From: Rubripirellula sp.
Lineage (GTDB): Bacteria > Planctomycetota > Planctomycetia > Pirellulales > Pirellulaceae
Length of the DNA: 64,000 nt
Direction of reading: 5' to 3'
Assembly (NCBI GenBank): GCA_965216875.1
Contig: OZ244207.1
Coordinates: 7,072,001 to 7,136,000, forward strand
Numbering within the stretch: the stretch's first letter is position 1; each line of letters opens with the position of its first letter. The translations under genes were made by a program, and so were the position numbers. Below are positions 48,114 to 58,000 of this stretch, one piece after another. The notes under the pieces were generated by a model. The model did no database searches. It had not been told where the DNA came from and worked only from the letters and a program-made list of their open reading frames with translations.

Positions 48114-48668
48114 ATGGATCGCGATGTGCCTATGGCGCTGGCTGAGTCGTCACTGTTTGATCGGCTGACCACCCGGGATGCCGCCTCGACCGATCATCCT
48201 CCGCGATTTGTGGTGGATGCGGTGAGTGCGTCGCCGGACCAGGGCAGCGCAAAGATCAGCCGACGTGAACGCCTTCGTCAAATGGCAGTCATTCGTGGCC
48301 AGATTCGTCGCGACCTTCTGTTGTTGATGGGGACGCGACGGTTGCCGGTTGACGCCGACGTCCAACGTTGGCCGCAAGTCGAACAAAGCGTGCTGAACTT
48401 TGGTATCCCCGATGTGACCGGCGTGACATCGAGTGGCATCGATCTCAATAAGTTCTCGGCCGAGATTCGGCGCGTCGTGCAAAGGTACGAACCGCGACTG
48501 CATCGCAAATCAGTCGAAGTGACGAGTCGATTGGGCGAGCCCCCGACACGCGACTTGCAAGTCTGTATCGAAGGTTTGTTTGGTCCACCCGACGCCATTG
48601 AATCGTTTCGTCTTGGCGTTTCGATTTGCTTGAACACGGGCCAATGCGTCGCCATGGAACTTTCCTAG
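48114..48668 (+). CDS. tssE: T6SS baseplate TssE (gp25-like)
   Basis: SLFDRL, IRRDLLLLMGTR, SVLNFGIPD, YEPRL. Confidence 0.92.
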   Translation: MDRDVPMALAESSLFDRLTTRDAASTDHPPRFVVDAVSASPDQGSAKISRRERLRQMAVIRGQIRRDLLLLMGTRRLPVDADVQRWPQVEQSVLNFGIPDVTGVTSSGIDLNKFSAEIRRVVQRYEPRLHRKSVEVTSRLGEPPTRDLQVCIEGLFGPPDAIESFRLGVSICLNTGQCVAMELS

Positions 48669-48710
48669 GCAGCGAGACAGCCAAAGAAGAGTGCGGAAGA
48701 GACCAATCGC

Positions 48711-50612
48711 ATGGAAGCGCAATTCCTGGATCACTACAACCGAGAACTTAGTTACCTGCGAGAGCTGGGGACGGAGTTCGCCCAGGAATACCCGTCGGTC
48801 GCTGGACGCTTGGGCATGGGCGAGTTCGCTTGTGCCGATCCCTACGTCGAACGGTTACTCGAAGGCTTTGCGTTTCTCGCAGCTCGCGTTCACCGGCGAC
48901 TCGATGCAGAGTTTCCGCAGTTCACACGTGGCCTGCTCGAGTCAATCTACCCGCATTACACGCGGCCGATCCCGTCGGCGGCGATGATTGCAGTGCACCC
49001 CGATCCCGATGAAGGTTCCCTTGCATCGGGGTATCGTTTGCCACGCGGTACTCGCCTGAGTGGACCGACGAGTCAAAGCAGTCCTACACCCTGCCGATTC
49101 GAAACGACCCAGGATATCGACCTTTGGCCCATCCGCATCACGGGGGTTGAACTGGCCGATCGCGAGTCGGCGTATCGTAATCCATTGCCAGACGTGATCG
49201 ATGGCGGCCAAGCCAAGTCGTGTTTGCGTCTTCGGTTGGAGACGACCGCAGGCTTGCAGATGTCGGCGCTCGACCTGGACCGGTTGACATTGCATTTGCG
49301 CGGCGGCGAGGTTGCCGTTGAGCTATTGGAAATGCTCGTTGCCCACGCAACCCAGATTGCCGCTGGCGATCCGGTGTCGGATCAATGGTCACGAGTGAAT
49401 ACTACTGAGTTGACAGCGGGTGGCTTTGCATCGGACGAGGCGCTTTTGCCGGACGAGCCGCGTTCCTTTAGCGGGTATCGTCTTCTGCAAGAGTACTTTT
49501 TGCTTCCCGAAAAGTTCTTGTTCGTTCATTTGGGTGGGCTTGGTCCGGCCATCAAACGCACAAGCGACAAGCAATTCGAAATTGTGATTGGCCTCGATGC
49601 GCCGGCTCGAGACCTGGTGGGACGCGTGAGTGCGGATCACTTTGCCTTGCATTGTGTGCCGGCGGTCAACTTGTTCAAGCGTCGTGCGGATCGTGTCCAA
49701 ATATCGGATGCATCGCACGAGCATCACCTTGTGGTCGACCGCAGTCGCCCAATGGATTTCGAGATCTGGTCGGTCGAGGAGTTGGCAGGGCACGGGCAAA
49801 CGCCACAGCAGGAAATCGAGTTCCTGCCGCTCTACGCAACGCCAGCGAAGACGGCGGCGCGGCGTCAGCAGTCGACCTTCTTCACGATTGATCGTCGGCC
49901 GCGACAGCCTTCGGCGAATCAACGCGAATACGGTCATCGTTCCAATTACCTAGGCAGCGAAGTCTTTGTCACGCTCACCGACTCGCGCCAGCAACCGGCG
50001 CGGCATTTGATCCGGCAACTCTCATCGACGGTGTATTGCACCAATCGCGATCTGCCGTTGATCGCACCGGCATCAGGTTGGCGCGACGCATTCAAGCTCG
50101 ATGGTCCTGGACCGGTTGCGGCGCTGGAGTGTTTGAGCGGGCCAACTGTTCCGCGCGCACCGCTGACCACCGACGATGGCGAAACCTGCTGGCGGATTGT
50201 GAACCATCTCAACGCGAACCTGTTGTCGCTTGCTTCGCCGACGCACAACGGCGAATCGCATGATCCATCGGCGACCGCGTTGCTGCGCGAGATGCTTTAC
50301 CTCTATTGCCCCACTGACTTGCCGGCAACGAGTCGTCAAGTCGACGGGATTCTATCGCTGCGTCACGAGCATGTGACGAGACAGTTGCCGTTCGACGGAC
50401 CGATCGTCCATGGTCGCGGCGTTCACGTGAACATCGAATTTGACGAACTCGCCTTTGAAGGTAGCGGCGTCTTTTTGTTGGGCAGCGTGTTGGACCAGTT
50501 CATGTCGCGGTTTGTCAACTTGAATGGCTTCACACAGACCTCGATCCGTACGCCAGTTCGTGGGCCGGTTCACCGCTGGCCCGTGCGTGTCGGCCAAGGC
50601 CAATTGATTTAA
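48711..50612 (+). CDS. tssF: T6SS baseplate TssF
   Basis: YNRELSYLRELG.EFA, DPYVERLLEGFAFLAAR, YRLLQEYF..PEKFLF, CTNRDLP, GRG. Confidence 0.96.
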   Translation: MEAQFLDHYNRELSYLRELGTEFAQEYPSVAGRLGMGEFACADPYVERLLEGFAFLAARVHRRLDAEFPQFTRGLLESIYPHYTRPIPSAAMIAVHPDPDEGSLASGYRLPRGTRLSGPTSQSSPTPCRFETTQDIDLWPIRITGVELADRESAYRNPLPDVIDGGQAKSCLRLRLETTAGLQMSALDLDRLTLHLRGGEVAVELLEMLVAHATQIAAGDPVSDQWSRVNTTELTAGGFASDEALLPDEPRSFSGYRLLQEYFLLPEKFLFVHLGGLGPAIKRTSDKQFEIVIGLDAPARDLVGRVSADHFALHCVPAVNLFKRRADRVQISDASHEHHLVVDRSRPMDFEIWSVEELAGHGQTPQQEIEFLPLYATPAKTAARRQQSTFFTIDRRPRQPSANQREYGHRSNYLGSEVFVTLTDSRQQPARHLIRQLSSTVYCTNRDLPLIAPASGWRDAFKLDGPGPVAALECLSGPTVPRAPLTTDDGETCWRIVNHLNANLLSLASPTHNGESHDPSATALLREMLYLYCPTDLPATSRQVDGILSLRHEHVTRQLPFDGPIVHGRGVHVNIEFDELAFEGSGVFLLGSVLDQFMSRFVNLNGFTQTSIRTPVRGPVHRWPVRVGQGQLI

Positions 50613-50655
50613 ACCGCAAATTGAAAGCACCGTTTTAGCAAAGCAGTTACGAATC

Positions 50656-50699
50656 ACCCTCCTGCTTGCGGGAGGTTTGGACGCAAAGTCTGGCGAGGG
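50656..50699. repeat. CCCTCC..GGAGG palindromic element (also at 24975-25017)
   Basis: CCCTCCTGCTTGCGGGAGGTTTGGACGCAAAGTCTGGCGAGGG versus CCCTCCCGCTTGTGGGAGGGTCGGACGCAAAGTCCGGGGAGGG. Confidence 0.8.
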
Positions 50700-50753
50700 C
50701 GCGAATTGTGCTCATCCGCGCAGTGTCGATGCCTGGCCCGAGAGAAACATGAG

Positions 50754-51803
50754 ATGAATCCGACCGCACCAAGCCAACAAGACCGTGTCGACTGGAATCA
50801 TCAGGTTGCGGTTGAGATGAATCAGCTTGCCAACCAGTTCGACTTCTTTCAAGCGATTCGCCGAGTCGAGACGTTGTCGCAAGAGTTGCCCCGTGTTGGG
50901 CATGCGCAACAAGCCAACCAGGAAGCAGTGCGAATCAAGCAGTCGCCGGCAGTCGATTTCGCACCCTCGACGATCGATGAAATCGAACCCGATTCGTCGG
51001 GCCGCGTCGTCTTGAAACAACGCTTTTTTGGTTTGCTAGGTCCCAGCGGCCCCATGCCGTTGCACGTCACCGAACAAGTTCGCAATCAAACTCGCCACGA
51101 AGATGATGCAACGATCGAACAGTTCTTGAACCTGTTCCATCATCGAATGGGAACCCTTTTCTATCGTGCCTGGAGCAGCAGTCGGGGGGCGGTCCAGCGT
51201 GATCGGCCCGACCAGGATCGCTTTGCAGACTACTTGGCTGCGCTCTCCGGTGTGATGGCGAATCAGGACGCGGCGGAGACACCACCCACGTCGGCGGTCA
51301 CCATTCAAAACCGCTGGCACTTTACCGGACGGTTCGCTTCGTCGCACCGTAACGCCGAAGGCTTGCAAGCGGTGGTGTCATCCGTTGTGGACGCAAAGAC
51401 CCAGGTCTACAGTTTCGTGCTTCGCCAATTGCGTTTGCAAGAAGAGGATCGGACACGGTTGACCAAGCAGCCAACGGCCGCCGGTCGCGGCGGACGTCTC
51501 GGCCGTAGCGTTGTGCTCGGCCGGAGTGTTGCCGATCGTCGGTCAACGATTGGGTTGTGCATTGGGCCGGTCAAGTTCCAACTCTTCCGCGCGCTCCTTC
51601 CTGGCGGGCAGTTGCACGATTCGATTCGCAAGTTGATTCGAAGTTACATCGACCCTTCGCTTGCGTGTCAGGTACGGTTGATCCTTGACCGCACCAGTGT
51701 GCCGCGGATGTCGCTTGGACGCGAAGGGGCACTTGGGCAAAACGCTTGGATGTTCAGCTCCGCACCACGCACCGACCTTGGTGATTGCCAATACATGATC
51801 TGA
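50754..51803 (+). CDS. tssG: T6SS baseplate TssG
   Basis: FDFFQAIRRVE, FFGLLGPSGPMPLH, FLNLFHHR..LFYRAW, RNAEGL, LGQNAW. Confidence 0.95.
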   Translation: MNPTAPSQQDRVDWNHQVAVEMNQLANQFDFFQAIRRVETLSQELPRVGHAQQANQEAVRIKQSPAVDFAPSTIDEIEPDSSGRVVLKQRFFGLLGPSGPMPLHVTEQVRNQTRHEDDATIEQFLNLFHHRMGTLFYRAWSSSRGAVQRDRPDQDRFADYLAALSGVMANQDAAETPPTSAVTIQNRWHFTGRFASSHRNAEGLQAVVSSVVDAKTQVYSFVLRQLRLQEEDRTRLTKQPTAAGRGGRLGRSVVLGRSVADRRSTIGLCIGPVKFQLFRALLPGGQLHDSIRKLIRSYIDPSLACQVRLILDRTSVPRMSLGREGALGQNAWMFSSAPRTDLGDCQYMI

Positions 51804-51810
51804 GGTTCCG

Positions 51811-53808
51811 ATGACGCTTTCGCAATCATCTCGTTCGATTCAGTTTTCATCACCGATCGGTGACGACGGCGTGGTCGCCGAACGCGTCCATTGGAAAGAA
51901 CAATTGGGACGTCCGTTCGAAGGGCTTGTCGAACTTGCGTGTGATGCGGGCGATATCGATCCCGCCGACATCATTCGCCAACCTGCGTCGATTCGAATTG
52001 GCGATCCCGACGAAAGCCCAAGCTATTTGCACGGCTACGTTTCCGAATTTGGGATGACCGGATTCGACAAGGGTTTGTACCGCTATCGAGTCAAGCTTGT
52101 GCCCTGGTTTGCGTTGATGGCGCATGTGGGTGGTTCGCAAATCTTTCAAAACGAAACCGCGATCACGATCGCGCAAGCCATGATCGACCTGCGCGGTTTT
52201 TCGGGCGAACTCGAGGACAAGACTTCGGGCACACCGCGGACACGAGCCTATTGTGTTCAGTACAACGAGTCCGACTTTCGCTTTTTGAGTCGGTTGTTCG
52301 AAGAGGAAGGCATCTACTACTACTTTTCCTACAGCGAAAACCAGCACCAAATGGTCTTGTGCGATGACGTTGGCGCTCACGTTGCTGCCGATGGGCTCGA
52401 TACGTTGCCCTACCATCCGCAAGAAACGTTTGCCGTCGAAGCTTGCGTGTCGCGGTGGGCGAGCTATCGACGATTTGCGACGGCGTCCCACGTGATGAGC
52501 GACTATGACTTTCAGAAACCCTCCTCCGACATGACGGTTCGACAAAACGCGTCGGATTCGGAGAGCGATTGGCAGTGGTATCAACACCCCGGTCGGTACT
52601 TCGAAACCGACGACGGCCAATATTACGCGCGCGTACGCACCGAATCGGTGGCGGCAAATCAACAACGCTACGAGGTTGACGTTTCGACTCACGGCGTTCA
52701 GTGTGGCAATCTGCTGACCGTCAAGGATCATCCAACCGACGAACTGAACCGCGAATACTTGGTGGTGAGTGCCGAACTGACCGCGACGGCACCCGACGTC
52801 GCGGCGGGAAGTGACAGCACCGACGGCGGGTTCAAGTTTAAATCGCGATTGTCGATTCAATCGTCGGATGTGCCCTATCGAAGTGCTCGGACGACACGTC
52901 GTCGCATTATGCCGGGACCGCAGATCGCGACGGTCGTCGGTCCCGATGGCGAAGAGATTTGGACTGACGCGTACGGGCGGATCAAAGTTCAGTTTGCCTG
53001 GGATTTGGATGCGCCGGGCGACGACAGCAGTTCCTGCTGGATTCGCGTCTCGCAGCCGTGGACCGGAAATGGTTGGGGCGCGGTTTCGATCCCACGCGTG
53101 GGCCAAGAAGTGATCGTCGAGTTTCTTGATGGCGACGTCGATCGCCCGATCGTTACCGGACGCGTTTACAACGACGAATTGTCGCCGCCGGAAGCGCTCG
53201 CTGATAATCAGGCCAAGACCGTCTTGAGGACTCGAAGCACCAAAGGTGGCGACGTCGAGTCGTATCACGAGTTGACCTTTGATGACACAAAGGATGCGGA
53301 ACAGATTCTGCTGCACAGCGAACGCGATTTTGTGCGCGAGGTCGAAAACAACGACACCTTGAAGGTTGGCTTCGACAAATCGGATCCGGGTGATCAATCG
53401 ATCGAAATCTACAACGACCAAAACGTGCAAGTGGGCGTCGGCAGCGGTTCGGGTTCGCAGACTATCGACGTCGGCCAGGATCGTAGCGTTACGATTGATG
53501 CTGGTGACGACACGATCGTCGTCAAGAGTGGTGATCGAAATGTGTCGGCTGAACAAGGTGCGATCACGATCGAGGCCGCAACTTCGATCCAACTCAAGTG
53601 CGGCGACTCGGTGATTGAATTGACGCCGTCGGGGATTTCGATCAAAGCGGCTCAGGTCGATGTGCAGGCCGACACCACACTCAACCTAGGCGGTACCGAG
53701 GTCAACATCAGTGCCGACGCGGCGCTGACCGCACAAGGATCCGCATCAGCAGAACTGAGTAGTTCGGGCACGGCGACGATCAAAGGCGCGATGGTGATGA
53801 TCAATTAG
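51811..53808 (+). CDS. vgrG: T6SS spike protein VgrG (no evolved C-terminal extension)
   Basis: YCVQYNESDF.F.SRL.EEEGIYY, GPQIATVVG, DAYGRIKVQF.W, SCWIRVSQ, PRVGQEVIVEFLDGD.DRP, terminal beta-helix repeats. Confidence 0.96.
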   Translation: MTLSQSSRSIQFSSPIGDDGVVAERVHWKEQLGRPFEGLVELACDAGDIDPADIIRQPASIRIGDPDESPSYLHGYVSEFGMTGFDKGLYRYRVKLVPWFALMAHVGGSQIFQNETAITIAQAMIDLRGFSGELEDKTSGTPRTRAYCVQYNESDFRFLSRLFEEEGIYYYFSYSENQHQMVLCDDVGAHVAADGLDTLPYHPQETFAVEACVSRWASYRRFATASHVMSDYDFQKPSSDMTVRQNASDSESDWQWYQHPGRYFETDDGQYYARVRTESVAANQQRYEVDVSTHGVQCGNLLTVKDHPTDELNREYLVVSAELTATAPDVAAGSDSTDGGFKFKSRLSIQSSDVPYRSARTTRRRIMPGPQIATVVGPDGEEIWTDAYGRIKVQFAWDLDAPGDDSSSCWIRVSQPWTGNGWGAVSIPRVGQEVIVEFLDGDVDRPIVTGRVYNDELSPPEALADNQAKTVLRTRSTKGGDVESYHELTFDDTKDAEQILLHSERDFVREVENNDTLKVGFDKSDPGDQSIEIYNDQNVQVGVGSGSGSQTIDVGQDRSVTIDAGDDTIVVKSGDRNVSAEQGAITIEAATSIQLKCGDSVIELTPSGISIKAAQVDVQADTTLNLGGTEVNISADAALTAQGSASAELSSSGTATIKGAMVMIN

Positions 53809-53820
53809 GAAATCGACCCA

Positions 53821-54756
53821 ATGCCACTTCTATTGACCACAACGCGAGACGACCTGCCATCGCAGCGATTGATGCTGCGATCGGGTCAGTGCGCGCATGT
53901 TGGGCGAAGTGAGCTCGCAGAATTCAGCGTTCCGAACGATCGTGAACTCGCAGATAGTCATTTTGTGGTGCAATGCCGCGCCTCGGCGATCATCGAATCG
54001 CTTGGCGAAGAACTGGCATTGGTTTGTGACGGTGAATCGACCAGTCGAATTGAGTTTTCGGATCCGATGCATCAGCCCGCGCGCTTTATCGCCGGAAGCA
54101 CCGAATTCAATTTGCTGTGGACACCCGACGTTGCGATCCAATCGACTCGCGAAACCGACGACGATTCAGAATCGGACACTGAGCCGGTCGACGACAGCGA
54201 ACGTATTGGGATGGTGGCCGAGAAGCTCAAGTTGTCCGCCGATGCGATCGCTTTGATCCAAACACCTGACGTTGCAAGTGACTTTGTTTCGCGATTGATC
54301 CAACAAGGATGCGTTGACGATGCACTCGTTTCGGTTGCCGGGCTTTTGCCAGTGGTCGACGCTGTGGTTTGGGCATCCGAACTTCAAGCGTCAGGCGAGT
54401 TGCCGTCGGGCGAGTTGCCGTCGGGCGCGTTGCCGTCGGGCGCGTTGATCGATGCGGTGCGAACATGGACCGGCGATGTTACGGAAGAGTCCCGCTTGGC
54501 CGTTAAGCAGATCGTCGAGGGGGATGCCACGGACGATGGCCGCTTGAAGTGGATCGCGATGGCGGTCGTCTACAGCGGCGGGAGTCTCGCTCCTGAGGGT
54601 CAAGCGGTTGTGCCGCCGCCGGAACACTTGTCGGCGATTGCTGTCTCGTCGTCGGTTCGCTTCGCACTCGCGGCGCAGGAGGACCGAGAGGAGGCCAAGT
54701 TGGCTTGGGCGACGGCTGGCTTGGATCGCTTGCGTTCACGGATCTCCAACGAGTAA
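53821..54756 (+). CDS. Degenerate FHA domain fused to DUF6931-like domain
   Basis: N-terminal VGRS..PNDRELADSHF (FHA-like); C-terminal AVVWA..VRTW..WIAMAVVYSGGSLAP..VPPP.HL; sits between vgrG and PAAR. Confidence 0.7.
   Translation: MPLLLTTTRDDLPSQRLMLRSGQCAHVGRSELAEFSVPNDRELADSHFVVQCRASAIIESLGEELALVCDGESTSRIEFSDPMHQPARFIAGSTEFNLLWTPDVAIQSTRETDDDSESDTEPVDDSERIGMVAEKLKLSADAIALIQTPDVASDFVSRLIQQGCVDDALVSVAGLLPVVDAVVWASELQASGELPSGELPSGALPSGALIDAVRTWTGDVTEESRLAVKQIVEGDATDDGRLKWIAMAVVYSGGSLAPEGQAVVPPPEHLSAIAVSSSVRFALAAQEDREEAKLAWATAGLDRLRSRISNE
54391..54447. repeat. In-frame 15-bp tandem repeat (SGELP/SGALP, about x4)
   Basis: TCAGGCGAGTTGCCG TCGGGCGAGTTGCCG TCGGGCGCGTTGCCG TCGGGCGCGTTG. Confidence 0.85.
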
Positions 54757-54773
54757 TAAGGGAACTGAGAATA

Positions 54774-55064
54774 ATGCCTCCAGCAGCTCGAGTTGGTGAC
54801 ATGCACACCTGCACGTCGGTCACGGGAGTCGTGCCGCACGTTGGTGGTGCGATCATTGGACCCGGAGCACCGACGGTGATGTTGGAAGGGATGCCGGCGG
54901 CCGTTGTCGGCGATGAAGCGAGCTGCAACGGGCCGGCCGACGCACTCACGATGGGATCGGGAACGGTCATGATCGAAGGCAAACCTTCGGTCAGGGTTGG
55001 AGACGAAACGGCTCATGGCGGCTCGATTGCAGCGGGCGCGCCGACGGTGATGGTCGGCGACTGA
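54774..55064 (+). CDS. PAAR domain spike-tip protein (96 aa)
   Basis: MPPAARVGDMHTC, PHVGG, PAAVVGD, PSVRVGD.TAHGG; AAGGGA SD upstream. Confidence 0.95.
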   Translation: MPPAARVGDMHTCTSVTGVVPHVGGAIIGPGAPTVMLEGMPAAVVGDEASCNGPADALTMGSGTVMIEGKPSVRVGDETAHGGSIAAGAPTVMVGD

Positions 55065-55097
55065 GCGAAAACAAAAAGGGACGGCTAGCAAGCAAGG

Positions 55098-58000
55098 ATG
55101 CGACGGTCGCGAAACACGAACGACCACCAAAGTTGGAGACCTATCCAGCGTTGGCGACAAACCGCGGCAAGTGCCAAGCGGTTAATGATCGCGCGCGCCG
55201 CGCTTGCCACGTTCTTGGGGATCTTCTTGGTCGGTTTCTTGGTGATCGCGTTTCGTCCGATGGTTCGACCAAACGCGGTCTTGGTCACGATCGGACCCAA
55301 GCTTGAAACCGACCTTAGCGAGTCAGTGCAGGTCGCGAACCAATCCATCCAGTCCATTTGGAACGCGACCGAGCCATTGCACTCGATCGAGGCCGCGTCG
55401 CCATTGGTGTTGGGCGACGCCCAGCATGTCAATCAATTCGTTGCCAACCACACACGGCGCGGACCGCGGTTGATCTACCTTGCCGGCGTCGCAAGTCCGG
55501 TCGCTGGCAAAGCGATGTTGGTATCGGGGCAATCGGGCGGCGCGACGGGCCAGTCTAGAGACGCGATGGGCCAATCGCTTGACGTTGGCGAGGTGATTCA
55601 AAGTTGTGCCAAGTCAATGCAGCCTTCGGTGATCGTCGTTGATGCCGTTCAGTCGCGACGATTGAAAGTCGGCGAGACGCCTGAGTTGACGGCGCTCGAA
55701 TTCGTGCGGAGTGTTAGCGAATCGATCGAACAACAAGGGCAAGCTCCCATTGCTGTCGTCGTCTGTCAAAGCGAACCAGAGCAACAGAGATCTCAAGCGA
55801 CAGGAACGCGATGCTCCGAGACTCTGGTCGCCGCACTCGGTAAGGCTGCCGACAACAAGTTGCCTGCCACGGACAAGGATGGAGACGGCGTGGTGACCGG
55901 CGGCGAAATGATTGACAAGTTGACTGCCCTGCCACGTCGCCGAGCCTACGCAGGAATTCCCCGCTTGCTGAGCAATCGGCCTCCGAACTATTGGCATGGC
56001 GTCTCGCTTTGGCCCGTTCATTCGATCGATTCGTCATCGACCGAAACCGCTCAATCGATCGCAGAGGTTGGAGCGAAGCCGACCGACGAAGAATCGAATG
56101 CCGACTCGGCGCCGCAACAGGCCGATGAGCTTCTGCAGGTCGAAGTCACCGCGCCGACACTCGCGCTTGCGATCAAGCTCCGCAAACTTGGCTACGACAC
56201 TCGTCGCTCGGAGGAATGCCAAGCGATCACGGATCAGTTGCGTGTCTTTTTGGATGATGACGCAGTCGAGGCTGATGTCATCAAGTGGTTAGCAGAACCG
56301 AAGATTGCAGACGCGAGATGGGACGAGCTTGTTTGGATGCGGTTTGTTTGCGGGCAATCCCATTCTTGGCCGCTCAAACAATCGTTGATCCAATGCCGCG
56401 TGCTCGCCAATCGCGTTGCCGTTGAAACATCGAAGCACAAATTCCTTGCTCAGCGCGTCGGCAAGGCTCAGTGGATGCGACTCGACGCGGAACGAAGTTT
56501 GGCCAGTCCCGTTCGCGGCAATCACCTTGAATACGCTGCTGGCTCCGTCAGCGATGCTCTAGCGAGGTTCCGGTTGATTCTTGACGATGCGATGGTGATT
56601 CAACAGGCCGAAAGAATCGTCGAACGCGATCGTCGCCGCGCCGAAGAGTTGCTTTCGATGCCAGTTCGAGCAAAGTCGCCACGATATGACTACGTTTGTC
56701 AGCGGCTCGCCGATGTCGTGGGCTTGCAAACTTGCTTGAATCGTGACCATGAAGACATGATTCGCGACTGTCGCCTGCTGGTGGAATCCATTCAACGTCG
56801 CAGTGACATGCGGCAAACGGAAGTCGCCCGAACCGTTCGCACCGCAACCGACTCGGCACCCCAAGGAAGTGACGTCGACAGCAACTTCCAGCTTTTCGAG
56901 ACGACGCAAATACGTGTCGCACGCTCGGCGCTGGTGACGGAACTCTTGACCGGGAACAAGATCGGAGCTGTCGAAAAGAAGTCATGCGAGGCAACGCGAT
57001 GTCTTGCTCACCCCGAAGCACATTTCGACCAAGTGGCATCGGCGGTGGTTGATTTTCGCAGTGCCATTGGCCAAGCAATGCGGCATCGGGGGCGGATGGT
57101 CGCACGGTCGAACCAGCAACGTGCACTCGACAAGCTGCGCCGCATCGCCTTGGATGCCCAGCGGTATAGCGTCGATGCAACCCGCACTCAACGCGACTTG
57201 CAAATTGGCAACGCCCGGCGCGCGATCCGCATCGCCGCCAAGCTTGACGAAACAATCATTGCCAACCTTTCCAGCGGCCCCGAAATCGATGTCCAGCTCC
57301 ACGGGTCGCTGGCTCGCACCGACAATGCCTGGCTTGATGTCACCGTTCGTCATCAAACGCAAACGCCCGCGCCGGGTTGGATTGAGATTGAATACGACAG
57401 CGCGGTGGTTGCGGTCGCGCCGATCACGGCGCCAGCGGTCCGAGCGTCGCGGATCGGCGAGGCTCGGTATCAGACGGTGATCCAACAGTCCCGACAGAAT
57501 GTCGATCCGAATCATGCAAGCGACGATCGTTTGCAACAGGTTCGAATTGATTTGCAACGAATCGGCGGCGCGTACGAATCAGCGGCGATCAACGTTCGTT
57601 GGGTGACCAAGGAAAACGTTTATCGGCGATCCGTGCCGCTCGAGCTGCCACTGCCGCAACTCGCTACCGTCGCCTTGGGAATGATCGGCGAGAATGCGGG
57701 TGACACCCAAGTTTGGCGTATGCGTGCCAATGACGATCGATTTCAAACATTGAACCTTCGTGCCACCGATGACTCGAGTGACACGCTTGCGGTTCGTTTG
57801 CTCGCCTGGAAAACGCCAGGTATGAAACCTCCGTCGACCTTGTCGTCACGGGCGGCCAATGAGTGGTTGTCTCAAGTCGCACCACCGGTTGAACTGGCCA
57901 AACAAGAATCGGTATTCGTCAAAGCGGGTGAATATGTGCCGGTCCGCTTCAAACCGCACAAGCTGAAACCCGCAGCGGAACCGATCACGGTGGGTACATT

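Noticed and set aside
51850..53592. Long antisense ORFs (also 14200-15279, 17422-18456, 9638-10522, 62639-63592)
   Set aside because: They overlap well-supported genes on the opposite strand and have no motifs; such shadow ORFs are expected in GC-rich DNA.
45428..55064. Prophage tail or extracellular contractile injection system
   Set aside because: The sheath is the two-subunit TssB/TssC type, with TssA, TssK and TssL present; no capsid, terminase, tape-measure or Afp-type genes.
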